A DNA stretch of 64,000 nucleotides from Candidatus Hydrogenedentota bacterium (GCA_045863335.1 BTVY01000010.1:1-64000), one strand, 5' to 3'. Shown: positions 8,620 to 22,722, counted from the first letter of the stretch. Notes: generated by a model not told the origin, from the sequence alone. Translations and numbers: made by a program.

Positions 8620-10530
8620 TCACTTGCGCGGGACTTCGTAAAGGCTCAGCCCATCTTCAGAATAGACGGGCGCGAAGTTGCAGGGTTCGTTCGACGCTTG
8701 AACGAAGTACCGGATGCCGTAGGCGTTGGCCATGGTTTTCCATTCCTCGCGGCTCAACGTGGACCAATGTCGCAGCCCCTGCTCCGGCGACCCGTCGATG
8801 TTGAAACCGTACGTGTCGCGGACCATCTTGCGCAACGACGTTCCCAGACTCGGCATGTAGGTGATCAATCGCGGCGTCTGGTAATCGAGGAATACCGGCG
8901 CTCCCGTCCGCGCGTTCCATTCCACATCCCAATAGGGCGGAACGATCATGGCGTCCGGCTCGCCCGCGCCGGCGAGGTGTTGCACAACCCCTTCTTGAAA
9001 CCGCGTCCTGGGCAAATGTTCGCGTGTCCCCCATTCCCGCACGAGGAGCAGCACCAGGACGAGTCCGGCGCAAGCGAACGCTCCGTTGCGAATCATATTC
9101 GCGCGATCAATAAATTTCGGCAGCGCGCGAAGGATCCAGTGGACCGCAAACCCGGCGACCGTGCATGCGACGATGAACTGGTTGAACGTAACGAGCGCAA
9201 CGAGCGTGGCCGCCAGGACAACACACCAAGCAAGTGAGATCTTAGACGAGTATCCGTAAGCGCGTTCTGCGATTGCGCCCAACGCGCCTCCGATGAGAAT
9301 GAAGAAGAGGTACTCTCCTTCTTCTAAATAGCGCAGGTACAGGGTTTCCGGCAGGAATCGTCCGCTCAGCGCGATCGGCAGCGCGAACAAGCACAACAGC
9401 GCGGCCCAAAGTGGTGCGCGGTCCCGGATCCCGGCATTGCGCGTGCCGTTCGCCAGGAGTGACAGGCACAGGGCAAGTAGGATGGGAGCGAGGTGATTGG
9501 GAATCCGGTACGGCATCCACACAACGAGCAGAAAGGGAACGTTCTCGCCCATGACGTTGTGGATGACGCGAATGCCGATGGCCAGTACGCCCACGCAGAG
9601 CGCGTACAAGGCGATTGCCGCGACGGGGGAGTGCCGGCCATGCTTCGGTTTCGCGACGAGCAATACGCTCAGGCTTACAGCCAGGGACAACCCGATGAGC
9701 AACACACTATGGGAGAACGGATGCGCAAAGGAGATGAAGCGGTGTACATCTTCCCGCATGGAATAGTTGATCCAGATGTCGTGAATGTTGCCTTCCGCAT
9801 GGTAGGGTCCGCCGTCGGGAAGTGGCACGATGAAGAATCGTTGAGTGACGTAGAACAAGACCGACCCGGCGAATCCCAGGCCGCCCCATAAGAAGGCTGC
9901 CCGCCATTGCGCTTTGAGGCGTTCCGCATCGCCGATGACCAGTTGCGCGCCCGCAAATAACAGCAGGGGTGGCATTTGCCCGGCGTGGACTGCGAACAGG
10001 AAGGTCGACAAGAACCACGCCGTGCGCGTCCAACCCGCGGCGAAGGCCGTGAACGTGAGCAGGGCATACCCCGCGCCGATGCCGCCGACTGAAAAGAATC
10101 CCGTCCACGTGCCGATACCGTAGTGGCTGCCGAAGAACGAATACACGCCGCAGAGCGCCAGCACGACGGCCACGTGCCCCCACAGTGCGCGCCGCGTCAG
10201 AGTGAACGTCAGGAGAAAGAGGGGCAGGGTGACGAACAGCATAAGCGCGAGATCGCGAATGAAACAAACTACCAACGCGCTTCGCGTCAACCACAACAGG
10301 CCCGCGGACAGGTAGCTTTGCAGGCTGAACACGTTGCGGCAATAGATGAAGAAGGGATGGCCTTCAGGATAGGGCGACAGCCGCGTGATCGCAAGCGCGT
10401 GTTCGTAGGTCTCGTCCCAACGCACCCCGCGCACGAGCACGATGACCAGCGAAACGGCGGCCCAGAATAGACACCCGTAAAGCCGAGCCCTGCGCTCGCC
10501 CCGCGTCAATGCCACTAGCTCGAGATTCAT
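8620..10530 (-). CDS. Polytopic membrane protein, possibly a GT-C-fold glycosyltransferase
   Basis: 636 aa with more than 12 hydrophobic helices, an acidic WDETYE motif after TM1 and a soluble C-terminal domain. Confidence 0.5.
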   Translation of the reverse strand: MNLELVALTRGERRARLYGCLFWAAVSLVIVLVRGVRWDETYEHALAITRLSPYPEGHPFFIYCRNVFSLQSYLSAGLLWLTRSALVVCFIRDLALMLFVTLPLFLLTFTLTRRALWGHVAVVLALCGVYSFFGSHYGIGTWTGFFSVGGIGAGYALLTFTAFAAGWTRTAWFLSTFLFAVHAGQMPPLLLFAGAQLVIGDAERLKAQWRAAFLWGGLGFAGSVLFYVTQRFFIVPLPDGGPYHAEGNIHDIWINYSMREDVHRFISFAHPFSHSVLLIGLSLAVSLSVLLVAKPKHGRHSPVAAIALYALCVGVLAIGIRVIHNVMGENVPFLLVVWMPYRIPNHLAPILLALCLSLLANGTRNAGIRDRAPLWAALLCLFALPIALSGRFLPETLYLRYLEEGEYLFFILIGGALGAIAERAYGYSSKISLAWCVVLAATLVALVTFNQFIVACTVAGFAVHWILRALPKFIDRANMIRNGAFACAGLVLVLLLVREWGTREHLPRTRFQEGVVQHLAGAGEPDAMIVPPYWDVEWNARTGAPVFLDYQTPRLITYMPSLGTSLRKMVRDTYGFNIDGSPEQGLRHWSTLSREEWKTMANAYGIRYFVQASNEPCNFAPVYSEDGLSLYEVPRK

Positions 10531-10556
10531 TCGCTATCCATCCCGAGCGCTTTGGG

Positions 10557-10719
10557 GAACATCCCCCTTAGTTCCCCTTCAAAGGGGGAATCTGCCACCG
10601 TTGTAGTTGGCTTGTTCGTTGAATTATTCGCCTCGCGTCGCGATCCACCACGCATCGAAGTCGCTACGCAACGCGTTGCGACCCATTCCCCCTTTGAAGG
10701 GGGATTAAGGGGGATGTTC
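10557..10719. mobile_element. MITE-like element, copy 1, with 35-bp terminal inverted repeats
   Basis: GAACATCCCCCTTAGTTCCCCTTCAAAGGGGGAAT (10557-10591) versus ATTCCCCCTTTGAAGGGGGATTAAGGGGGATGTTC (10685-10719), 2 mismatches. A second copy lies at 33926. Confidence 0.75.
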
Positions 10720-10790
10720 TTCAGGCTACGGCAGAACTGACCGAAAACGGTGGCATCAGATGCTGGTGAATTGTCCTTGAACGTCATCGG

Positions 10791-12167
10791 CTATTCGGCG
10801 GCCCGGTACAGCCCGAATGCTTGGATCGTGGGGCAGGCCCGCGCGCGCACGGTCAGCCGCACTTGCGTCGCGGTGACGTCCGCGAACCGGTCGAGCCGTT
10901 TGTAGCCGATCGTTGTGCCTTCCACAACGGGTATCCATTCACCTTCCACCATGGCCTCGAGCTTGTATGACTCGACCCGTTGACCCAACGCGATGTGCTC
11001 CTGAATCAGGGAGCGGTTGAAGGTTGTCGGTTCGCCGAGGTCCACGATTAACATGCCTTCGGGAACGCCGTCGTCGGTACACCAGTAGGTCGCATCGTCA
11101 CCGTCGATAGCGTTCGTGGCCGCGAACGCGGGATCTTCGCCGCGCTCGTTGCTGGCCGTAGCCGCTTTGCCTTCCGCGAGGTTCGTCTTGAACGTTTCGG
11201 TGACAATTCGCCATACCTCGTCCAATACCGCGACGTCTTTTTCCGGCAGCAAACCACGCCGATCCGGCGACACATTCAGCAGCAGCACCGCGCCGCGCCC
11301 GACGGACTTGTAGTAGATGTCGAGCACCTCGTCCACGCTGCGCAATTGCGGTTCGCCGTCGGTGTGGAAGAACCACTGGCCTTTGCGAATGGGCACGTCG
11401 CATTCCGCCGGATACCAGACCTGCTCTTCGTCGCGATCGACCACATTCCACAAAGTCTCCGGCGCGACGCCCTGCTCGTTCCCGACCCAGCGAATATCGG
11501 GGCCGCAGATGGCGATCAACGCCTGCGGTTGCAATTCCCGGATCAGTCCGTAGTAGCCGTCCCAGTCGTAGATGTGCCCTTCGCTGCCCGCGCCATCAAA
11601 CCAGACTTCGCCGACCGCGCCGTAGTCGGTCAGCAGTTCGCGCAGCATGTTTTTGAAATGGGCATCGTAGGCGGGCGGGTCCGCATATTTCGGCTCGTGC
11701 CGGTCCCATGGGGAGAGATAAAACCCGAACACCACACCGAGATCGTGGCAGGCGTCCGCCACTTCGCGGACGACGTCGCCCTTGCCATCGCGCCACGGGC
11801 TGGCGGTGACCGCGTAATCGCTGTGCGCCGTCGGATACACGGCGAACCCGTCGTGGTGCTTAGCCGTCACGACGAGGTAGCCCATGCCGCAGCGCTTGGC
11901 GACTTCCACCCACTGGCGGCCATTGAAATCGGAGGGGTTGAAGGTCTGCGGGTCCTTCGTGCCGTCGGTCCATTCTTCGTTGTGGAAGGTGTTGATGCCG
12001 AAGTGGCAGAACATGCCGTATTCCAACTGTTGCCACGCCAGTTGCTCCGGCGAAGGCACCGGAAGGAACGGCTCCGGCGGCGTTGCGGAAAGTTGAATCA
12101 AACTCGTGGTAAGAAGGAGCGTCGTCGCGAAGGTAATGGTCGTCATGGGGTTAGCCTGCCTTTTCAA
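10791..12167 (-). CDS. Alpha-L-fucosidase (GH29) with C-terminal F5/8 type C (CBM32-like) domain
   Basis: Motifs HFGINTF, TAKHHDGF, YLSPWDRH, WFDGA, RWVGNE and YYKSVGR; signal peptide. Confidence 0.92.
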   Translation of the reverse strand: MKRQANPMTTITFATTLLLTTSLIQLSATPPEPFLPVPSPEQLAWQQLEYGMFCHFGINTFHNEEWTDGTKDPQTFNPSDFNGRQWVEVAKRCGMGYLVVTAKHHDGFAVYPTAHSDYAVTASPWRDGKGDVVREVADACHDLGVVFGFYLSPWDRHEPKYADPPAYDAHFKNMLRELLTDYGAVGEVWFDGAGSEGHIYDWDGYYGLIRELQPQALIAICGPDIRWVGNEQGVAPETLWNVVDRDEEQVWYPAECDVPIRKGQWFFHTDGEPQLRSVDEVLDIYYKSVGRGAVLLLNVSPDRRGLLPEKDVAVLDEVWRIVTETFKTNLAEGKAATASNERGEDPAFAATNAIDGDDATYWCTDDGVPEGMLIVDLGEPTTFNRSLIQEHIALGQRVESYKLEAMVEGEWIPVVEGTTIGYKRLDRFADVTATQVRLTVRARACPTIQAFGLYRAAE

Positions 12168-12456
12168 TTGCCGTACATACCGCGGACCTCGCCCATTATG
12201 CCATCGGGACGACCCGGGAGGAAGAACGGCCAGTCGCGGGAGGCGACTGCGGAAACCTTCGCTTCAGAAAAGACCAAAACCGAGTCCAAGCTTGGTCTTC
12301 GTATCAGGTACGCGAAAAAGCACTGACAATGGACGAGTTTCCACGACGCCGAGGGGGACGCGAATGCGGGAAGTGTGGTAGCATGAAGCGGTTTACGGTG
12401 AGTGACCAGATTTGGGTTTTCCCGTCGAGGACGGCGGGGTGCAAGGTAGTGAACGA

Positions 12457-12771
12457 TTGGGCGAATACGTACCGGAATTCGGCGAAGGCGTCGCCACGGA
12501 GACCGAAGAAGAGGTCAAACCGCCGTCCATGTTCCGCGTGCTCATGCACAACGACGACTACACGACCATGGAGTTCGTGGTGAGCGTGTTGATGAGCGTG
12601 TTCGGCAAAGAGGCGGAAGACGCGGTGCGCATTATGTTGAACGTCCATCAAAAGGGCGTCGGCGTCTGCGGCGTTTACACGGAGGATATCGCGTCGACGA
12701 AGATCGCGACCGTACATGCACGGGCCCAATCGGCGGGATATCCGTTACGGTGCTCCATGGAACCGGAATAA
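12457..12771 (+). CDS. clpS: ATP-dependent Clp protease adaptor ClpS (start uncertain)
   Basis: FRVLMHNDDYTTMEFVV...MLNVHQKG...YPLRCSME, immediately upstream of clpA. Confidence 0.95.
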   Translation: MGEYVPEFGEGVATETEEEVKPPSMFRVLMHNDDYTTMEFVVSVLMSVFGKEAEDAVRIMLNVHQKGVGVCGVYTEDIASTKIATVHARAQSAGYPLRCSMEPE

Positions 12772-12774
12772 TGG

Positions 12775-12840
12775 AACGAAACTCGAAATTCGAAGCACGA
12801 AATCCGAAACAAATTCAAATGACCGAAATCACAAACTCGA
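12775..12840 (+). repeat. Degenerate heptamer tandem repeat (CGAAAT[C/T]-like)
   Basis: cgaaactcgaaattcgaagcacgaaatccgaaacaaattcaaatgaccgaaatcacaaactcga between clpS and clpA. Confidence 0.7.
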
Positions 12841-12878
12841 GATGTTTATCTGCGCGCGCGACAGGAATCGCATCATAG

Positions 12879-15128
<2,250 letters not shown>

Positions 15129-15130
15129 AC

Positions 15131-15332
15131 AATTCGAAGTCCGAATTTCGAAATCCGAAACAAATTCTAAACCCCAAATTCGAATTGGCGAGATCTCGGT
15201 GTATCCGCTTTCGACTTTCTCAAAGACCTTTCCAATTACGTTCCCCGTCAAATGTATGGTCGTTTTCCCTTCTCGTTTTGAATTTCGAATTCTGGATTTG
15301 TTTCGGATTTCGAGGTTCGAATTTCGTATTTC
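15131..15332. repeat. Inverted pair of heptamer-repeat tracts between clpA and aat
   Basis: Left arm contains tcgaaatccgaaacaaat and right arm contains its exact complement atttgtttcggatttcga. Same family as 12775-12840. Confidence 0.75.
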
Positions 15333-15341
15333 ATCCCCCCG

Positions 15342-16031
15342 ATGCCGCTCTTTCGCTTAACCGAAGATCTCGTGTTCCCGCCGCCGCATCTGGCCATCGA
15401 GGACGGACTCCTCGCGGTGGGCGGCGATCTCTCCGTGGAGCGGCTCTTGCTGGCGTACCGATCGGGCATCTTCCCGTGGTATTCGGAAGGTGACCCTCTG
15501 TTGTGGTGGTCGCCGGATCCGCGGATGATCTTGTTTCCCGATGAACTTCACGTGTCGCGCAGCCTGGAGCGGGTGCTGAAGAAGGGCGAGTTCACCGTGA
15601 CCATGGACACGGCGTTTCCCTCCGTGATTCAGGCCTGTGCCGAAGCGCGCGGGCCGCGCCGGGACGGCACTTGGATCACGCGAGAGATGGAGTCGGCCTA
15701 CTGCGCGTTGCACGATGCCGGTTACGCACACTCCGTGGAATGCTGGAAAGACGGCGCGCTCGCCGGTGGCTTGTACGGCGTATCGCTTGGCGCCTGTTTC
15801 TTTGGCGAGTCCATGTTTTCCCTCGCGACCAACGCAAGCAAGGTCGCCTTCGTCCGTCTGGTCCGGCAGGTCGCAGCCTGGGACTTCCACTTCGTCGATT
15901 GCCAGATGCACACGCCCCATCTCGCCCGATTCGGCGCGAAAGAGGTTGCACGGAAGCAGTTTCTCAGGCTTTTGCGCGACGGGTTGGACACCCCCACTCG
16001 ATGTGGCAAGTGGGAGCTTGAAGTATTGTAG
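15342..16031 (+). CDS. aat: Leucyl/phenylalanyl-tRNA--protein transferase
   Basis: Motifs GLLAVGGDLS, GIFPW, WWSPDPR, AHSVECW, FFGESMFS and DCQ. Confidence 0.96.
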   Translation: MPLFRLTEDLVFPPPHLAIEDGLLAVGGDLSVERLLLAYRSGIFPWYSEGDPLLWWSPDPRMILFPDELHVSRSLERVLKKGEFTVTMDTAFPSVIQACAEARGPRRDGTWITREMESAYCALHDAGYAHSVECWKDGALAGGLYGVSLGACFFGESMFSLATNASKVAFVRLVRQVAAWDFHFVDCQMHTPHLARFGAKEVARKQFLRLLRDGLDTPTRCGKWELEVL

Positions 16032-16064
16032 TTGCCAGAAGGTTCGAGTGACCGACACAGAAGC

Positions 16065-16092
16065 AAAACGCCCGGCCGAAGCCGGGCGTTTG
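16065..16092. terminator. Bidirectional intrinsic terminator between convergent aat and desaturase
   Basis: AAAACGCCCGGC-CGAA-GCCGGGCGTTT hairpin with A/T tails on both sides. Confidence 0.8.
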
Positions 16093-16125
16093 GATACGAA
16101 TTGAAGTGTCGAAACCGGTGTACGA

Positions 16126-17052
16126 TTAGACTTCGACCGTCTCCGGTTCGTCCTGTTCGAGAGGCAGGGCTTCGTCGAGTCCGACCTTGGCGCGGATTTG
16201 GCTCAGGCGGCCGGGTTGGACCACGTCTTTGGCGAGACCGACCCATTGCATGGCCTTGATCGTCCAATACGTCATGTCGAATTCCCACCACTTATGGCCG
16301 TGGGCGGCGGAGCGCTGATCGGCGTGGTGGTTGTTGTGCCAGCCTTCACCGAAGGTGATGAGTGCGACCCACCAGGTGTTCCGGCTGTTGTCGGTGGTCT
16401 TGTAGTTGGAATAGCCCCAGAGGTGCGTGGCGGAATTGACGAGCCAGGTCGAGTGCCACACGAGCACGGTGCGAAGGGCAACGCCCCAGACGACGAATGA
16501 TAGCCCCAACTCCCAACCGCCGACGGCGTGACCGATTGCGTAAAGAATTGCGGCGCCAGCCAGGTAGATGGGGAAGAAGGCTTTATTGAAGAATCGCTGC
16601 ATAGGGTCTTTATCGAGGTCCTTCGCGAACTTTTTGCACTTGTCGTACGAGTCGAGCTTCGGATCGTCGAAGAAGTTCCAGAGGATGTGGGCCCACAGGA
16701 AGTTCTCCACCACCGGCGTGTGGGGGTCCGGCGCTTCATCGGATTCCTTATGGTGAACGCGATGGGTTGCGACCCACGTGATGGGCCCGCCCTGGAGCGC
16801 AAGACAGCCGCAGAATGTCAGGAAATACTCGACCACCTTCGGGGTCTTGTAGCTGCGGTGCGTCAACAACCGGTGGTAACACAAGGTGATGCCCAGGCCG
16901 CCCGTCACCCAGAACAATACGAGGCATAGAATGAGTCCGGTCCAACTGAAGGTGAAGGGGGCGGCCAGCGCGGCCACGTGGATCAATCCGATGACCGCGA
17001 TGGTCCCGTACTTGACATGCCGACGGGTAACCCAAGACGGTAGAAGTGCCAT
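16126..17052 (-). CDS. Delta-9-type acyl-lipid/acyl-CoA fatty acid desaturase
   Basis: His boxes YHRLLTH, HRVHH and GEGWHNNHH. Start MALLP after RBS AGGAGAAAGGA. Confidence 0.93.
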   Translation of the reverse strand: MALLPSWVTRRHVKYGTIAVIGLIHVAALAAPFTFSWTGLILCLVLFWVTGGLGITLCYHRLLTHRSYKTPKVVEYFLTFCGCLALQGGPITWVATHRVHHKESDEAPDPHTPVVENFLWAHILWNFFDDPKLDSYDKCKKFAKDLDKDPMQRFFNKAFFPIYLAGAAILYAIGHAVGGWELGLSFVVWGVALRTVLVWHSTWLVNSATHLWGYSNYKTTDNSRNTWWVALITFGEGWHNNHHADQRSAAHGHKWWEFDMTYWTIKAMQWVGLAKDVVQPGRLSQIRAKVGLDEALPLEQDEPETVEV

Positions 17053-17311
17053 TGGAAGTTCCTTTCTCCTCATAACGTGAGCGAGACTCAACCGTCCAGC
17101 TCCGCCGCGTAAGCGGCGCCGTATCCGCGATTCGACGGGGACGTGGAGATACCCACTACTGGGTTCGATCCGGCTCCCGCTGCTACTTGCCTTGCATGAG
17201 CGCACTGCGCTCGCTTAGACGCTAGTATACAGAATCTCGCGTCCATTTTCCCGGCAAAACCTGACTCCCAGGGGTCCCTGTTTGTATACTCAGTCAAGGA
17301 GGATATCGATT

Positions 17312-18637
17312 TTGCGAAGATTTCAGCTTTGTCTCGTCTCGTTGGCCTGTTCGGCTGCCATAACCCTCTCTGTATCAGACGCCGAGACCGTGGCCGAAGT
17401 TTCGGACGTGGCCCTGGTCTGGTCCGGCCATCCGGTGGGGTTCTCGCTCCTTACCGCCGGAGACACGCAATACGTTGCCTACTATGATTCCGAAAGGCGG
17501 ATGACGGTTGCATCACGGACGATCGGCGGAAGCGATTGGCAGTACAAGGTGCTTCCTGAGACCGTCGCGTGGGATAGCCACAACTCCGTCACGATTGCCC
17601 TGGATGGAGCCGGGCATCTTCACGTGTCCGGCAACATGCACGTCAAACCCCTGGTGTACTTCCGAACTCTTGAAGCCGGAAACATCCAAACCCTGGAGCG
17701 AATTCCGGCTATGACGGGAAAAGACGAGGAGCGGGTGACGTATCCTCGCTTTTTTGAGGCGCCGGACGGTTCTCTGGTGTTCACATACCGCGACGGTTCC
17801 AGTGGTTCTGGGAACCAAATTTACAACATCTACGACGTGGGCACCCACGAGTGGCGGCGGCTTTTGGACCAGCCGCTCCTCGATGGCGAGGGGCTTATGA
17901 ATGCCTATCCCGTTGGCCCCATGGTAGGCCCGGACGGGTACTACCACCTGTGCTGGGTCTGGCGGGACACGCCGGATTGCGCCACAAACCACGACCCCGG
18001 CTACGCGCGCAGCACGGACCTCGTCCACTGGGAGACTGCCGGCGGTGAGTCTTTGACGCTGCCGATTACGTTAGAAACGGCTGACACGGTCGATCCGGTA
18101 CCTGCGGGCGGCGGGATTATCAACGGCAACACGCGTATCGGCTTCGACAGCACGAACCGGCCCATCGTCTCGTATCACAAGTTCGACGAGGACGGAAACA
18201 CGCAGATTTACAATGCGCGGTTCGAGGGCGACCGCTGGGTCGTGTATCAAACCAGCGACTGGGATTTCCGTTGGGAATTCTCGGGCGGGGGATCCATCGG
18301 ATTCGAGGTCGGCGTAAGTCCGGTCGTTCACGACTCGCAAGGCGGATTGACCCAAGCCTTTCGCGCCAAACAAACAGGGAGCGGGATCTGGGTCCTGGAT
18401 GAGGAAACGTTGCAAATCCAGGAAACCCGGACGCCGGAGAGCAAAACGCCTCCAGAGGTTCGCGCACTACGGTCCGAGTTCCCCGGGATGTCGGTGCGGA
18501 CGGCGAACGATCTCGGAGAAGCTCCGGGCGGGAGCTATATCCTTCGGTGGGAGACACTTGGGCAGAACCGGGATAAGCCCCGGGACCCGCCTTGGCCGGA
18601 ACCTTCCCAGCTCCAGGTCATCCGACTGGATGAGTGA
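17312..18637 (+). CDS. Secreted BNR-repeat (BNR_4-like) beta-propeller protein
   Basis: Motifs WDSHN, SGNMH, TYPRF, YRDGSSG and Asp-box ARSTDLVHW. TTG start after AAGGAGG. Confidence 0.75.
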   Translation: MRRFQLCLVSLACSAAITLSVSDAETVAEVSDVALVWSGHPVGFSLLTAGDTQYVAYYDSERRMTVASRTIGGSDWQYKVLPETVAWDSHNSVTIALDGAGHLHVSGNMHVKPLVYFRTLEAGNIQTLERIPAMTGKDEERVTYPRFFEAPDGSLVFTYRDGSSGSGNQIYNIYDVGTHEWRRLLDQPLLDGEGLMNAYPVGPMVGPDGYYHLCWVWRDTPDCATNHDPGYARSTDLVHWETAGGESLTLPITLETADTVDPVPAGGGIINGNTRIGFDSTNRPIVSYHKFDEDGNTQIYNARFEGDRWVVYQTSDWDFRWEFSGGGSIGFEVGVSPVVHDSQGGLTQAFRAKQTGSGIWVLDEETLQIQETRTPESKTPPEVRALRSEFPGMSVRTANDLGEAPGGSYILRWETLGQNRDKPRDPPWPEPSQLQVIRLDE

Positions 18638-18827
18638 CCGGTCGTGACAGGCTTTCGCCGCGCCCGCGAATAGATCTGCTGGACCGCGACGTGCGGCTGG
18701 TCCACTCGCCAGTTGAGTTCGGCGCCGATTTGGGCAGAAACACCCGAGTCGCGTTGTTCATTCTCTACAAGTTCCCGCATGTGCAAGGTGTGGATGAAAC
18801 TCTGTCAATCGAAGGAGGGCTGTACGG

Positions 18828-19460
18828 ATGAAGACGAAAGCAATGCTCGGTGTAGCGACCCTGTGCGCGTGTGTGGGGGTCGGCGGAGTGGCCTTCATGA
18901 TGAACGAGATGGCGCTGGCAGAAGTGGCCGACCCGCCGGCGATCGGATCAGACTTCCCGTCGTTCAGCATGACCGACTACGAAGGCAACGCCCATTCTCT
19001 CGACCAGTACAAGGACAAGGTGGTTGTCTTGTCGTTTACTTCCCAAGGTTGCCCCTACTCCCGGGCTGCCGACCCCATCTACGCCGACCTGATGCAAGAC
19101 TATAAAGACGACGGCGTGATCTTTCTGAGCGTTGACGCGGACAAGAACAACGCGCCGAGCGACATCGAAGAATACGCGACGTCGAAGAATGAGACCGGCA
19201 AGAAACTTCCCTATCCCGTGCTGAAGGATGATATGAACAAGTACGCGGATACCATGGGCGCGACGCGCACGCCGGAAATCTACATCAAGGACAAGGACGG
19301 CAAGCTCGTGTACCACGGGGCCATCGACAACCAGAAGAAAACCGACGATCCCGAATACGTAAATTACGTGAAGAACGCGCTGGACGAAGTGCTTGCCGGT
19401 AAACCCGTCAGCACGCCGTCCAAGAGCGCATACGGCTGTGGCATCAAGCGGGCCAGCTAA
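18828..19460 (+). CDS. Exported thioredoxin-like redoxin (AhpC/TSA family)
   Basis: Motifs GCPYS, GATRTPEIY, YHGAIDN and YGCGIK; signal peptide. Confidence 0.85.
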   Translation: MKTKAMLGVATLCACVGVGGVAFMMNEMALAEVADPPAIGSDFPSFSMTDYEGNAHSLDQYKDKVVVLSFTSQGCPYSRAADPIYADLMQDYKDDGVIFLSVDADKNNAPSDIEEYATSKNETGKKLPYPVLKDDMNKYADTMGATRTPEIYIKDKDGKLVYHGAIDNQKKTDDPEYVNYVKNALDEVLAGKPVSTPSKSAYGCGIKRAS

Positions 19461-19463
19461 GCC

Positions 19464-20147
19464 GTGCGGCCGTCAATAGCCTGTATCTACCACGCGGCAG
19501 GCGCTTCTCTTCGATGGACGGAGCGCCTGCCGCTAGCCTTCCTAATCGCCCTATCGCTTGGCTTTGCGGGGTGCGGATTCTCGGACCCGACAGAAAACGC
19601 CGAGCCGTCGCCGCAAACGGAAGTGGCCGACACCTCAGAGACAGGTGCGTCCGTGGAAACTCCGAAATCCGACAGCTCTGACCCACCCGACCATGAAGAT
19701 CCCGGCGTAACCCGGGTCGACAAGGCCAAGACAGAAACGCTGCTTGACGAGACCGGCGGTAAGGTGCTTGTCGTGAATCTCTGGGCGACGTGGTGCCTGC
19801 CCTGCATAGCCGAGATGCCCCACCTTACCGCCTTCTACAACGGGATGAACCCGGAGTCCACTGCCTTTCTCAGTCTTTCGGCAGACGGTCCGCGGTTCAT
19901 TGACGAAGCGGTCGTGCCTTTCGTGAAGGAACACAACCTGCCTTTCCCGGTCTACGCCCTCGATTTCGAGGACCCCGACCCCTTGATTCTTGCCGGTATG
20001 TTGGGCGTAGAGGAGACGGGGTGGGACGGCGCTCTGCCGGCGACCTTCCTCTTCAACCGTGAACGCGAGCTGGTAAAACACTGGTTCGAAGAGATCAAAC
20101 CGGGGGAGTTGGAAGCGGCGGTATCGGAAGTGTTGGCGGCGGGCTAA
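19464..20147 (+). CDS. TlpA-family disulfide reductase lipoprotein (start uncertain)
   Basis: [17 protein letters not shown] and GALPATF; lipobox FAGC. Confidence 0.85.
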   Translation: MRPSIACIYHAAGASLRWTERLPLAFLIALSLGFAGCGFSDPTENAEPSPQTEVADTSETGASVETPKSDSSDPPDHEDPGVTRVDKAKTETLLDETGGKVLVVNLWATWCLPCIAEMPHLTAFYNGMNPESTAFLSLSADGPRFIDEAVVPFVKEHNLPFPVYALDFEDPDPLILAGMLGVEETGWDGALPATFLFNRERELVKHWFEEIKPGELEAAVSEVLAAG

Positions 20148-20225
20148 GGGACCGACACGGGCATGCTGAGGGCCTATGGGGCCCAGGCGTCATCAATCGA
20201 GTGGTACTCCTTACAGGACGGAAAC

Positions 20226-20254
20226 TTGACAGGGGGATAGGGTTATGGTACCAT
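20226..20254 (+). promoter_or_regulatory. Sigma70 promoter of groEL
   Basis: TTGACA (20226-20231), 17 bp, TACCAT (20249-20254) with an extended TG. Confidence 0.75.
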
Positions 20255-20263
20255 GGCGGGCTG

Positions 20264-21986
<1,723 letters not shown>

Positions 21987-22010
21987 TCGCCGTTTCGTAC
22001 GGCGAAGTTT

Positions 22011-22091
22011 TGTAGCGCAGGCGTCCCCGCCTGCATTCCCGAAACGGAAAATCTGATTCCAGGGAATGCAGGCAGGGACGCCTGCGCTACA
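22011..22091. repeat. REP-like inverted doublet (GTAG class)
   Basis: TGTAGCGCAGGCGTCCCCGCCTGCATTCCC (22011-22040) and its near-perfect complement (22062-22091). May also act as the groEL terminator. Confidence 0.8.
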
Positions 22092-22268
22092 TATGGCGAT
22101 AAATCGTGCGCCTCGGATTGATTCACGGTTTCGAAAGACGTGGCGCGATTGACCAATCATAGACAAAAGCCCATAATCGCACTGCTGGCAGGCAAAACCA
22201 AATCTACATCTTCGCGCGCCGCGAACACAATGTGACGGGCACACGTCGCGCAATATTGGGAGGAGCGC

Positions 22269-22706
22269 ATGAGCCGGTTTTCCGAAAGCACGATCGACAC
22301 ATTTTTGACGCGATTCCGCAGCATCGATCCGGAGACGAAACCCTTGTGGGGCGAAATGACGTTCGCGCAAATGCTGGGGCATCTGAACGGCGCGACGCGG
22401 TATTCGATGGGATACGGACCCGACGTGCCCTTCCGAGGCAATTGGAAAACCAAATACATTTTCGCGCCGCTCATCTTGAACGGATTCAAGCAGATTCCTC
22501 ACAACGTGCGGGCGCCGCGGAACGTCCAACCCAATGACAGCGACGTGGTCACATTGGAAGGGACCTTGCGCGAATTGCTCGTCTTGGTACGTGAAGGCCG
22601 CTTCAATCCGCCCCACCATCCGTTCTTTGGCATGATTGGGCCCAAGGGTTGGATGAAATTTCACGGGTATCACATGGACCATCATCTGCGGCAGTTCGGC
22701 GCGTGA
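22269..22706 (+). CDS. DUF1569 / DinB-superfamily protein
   Basis: Motifs PLWGEMTFAQMLGH, HPFFG and HMDHHLRQFG; RBS GGAGGAG. Confidence 0.85.
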   Translation: MSRFSESTIDTFLTRFRSIDPETKPLWGEMTFAQMLGHLNGATRYSMGYGPDVPFRGNWKTKYIFAPLILNGFKQIPHNVRAPRNVQPNDSDVVTLEGTLRELLVLVREGRFNPPHHPFFGMIGPKGWMKFHGYHMDHHLRQFGA

Positions 22707-22722
22707 ACGCAGTGGAGCGACT

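Noticed and set aside
10527-10787. ORFs 10527-10787 (-) and 10552-10740 (+)
   Set aside because: Translations of the palindromic element (NIPLxPPSKGE on both strands), not credible proteins.
17158-17186. tRNA-like GGTTCGATCC
   Set aside because: No proper 5-bp T stem, acceptor stem or anticodon arm.
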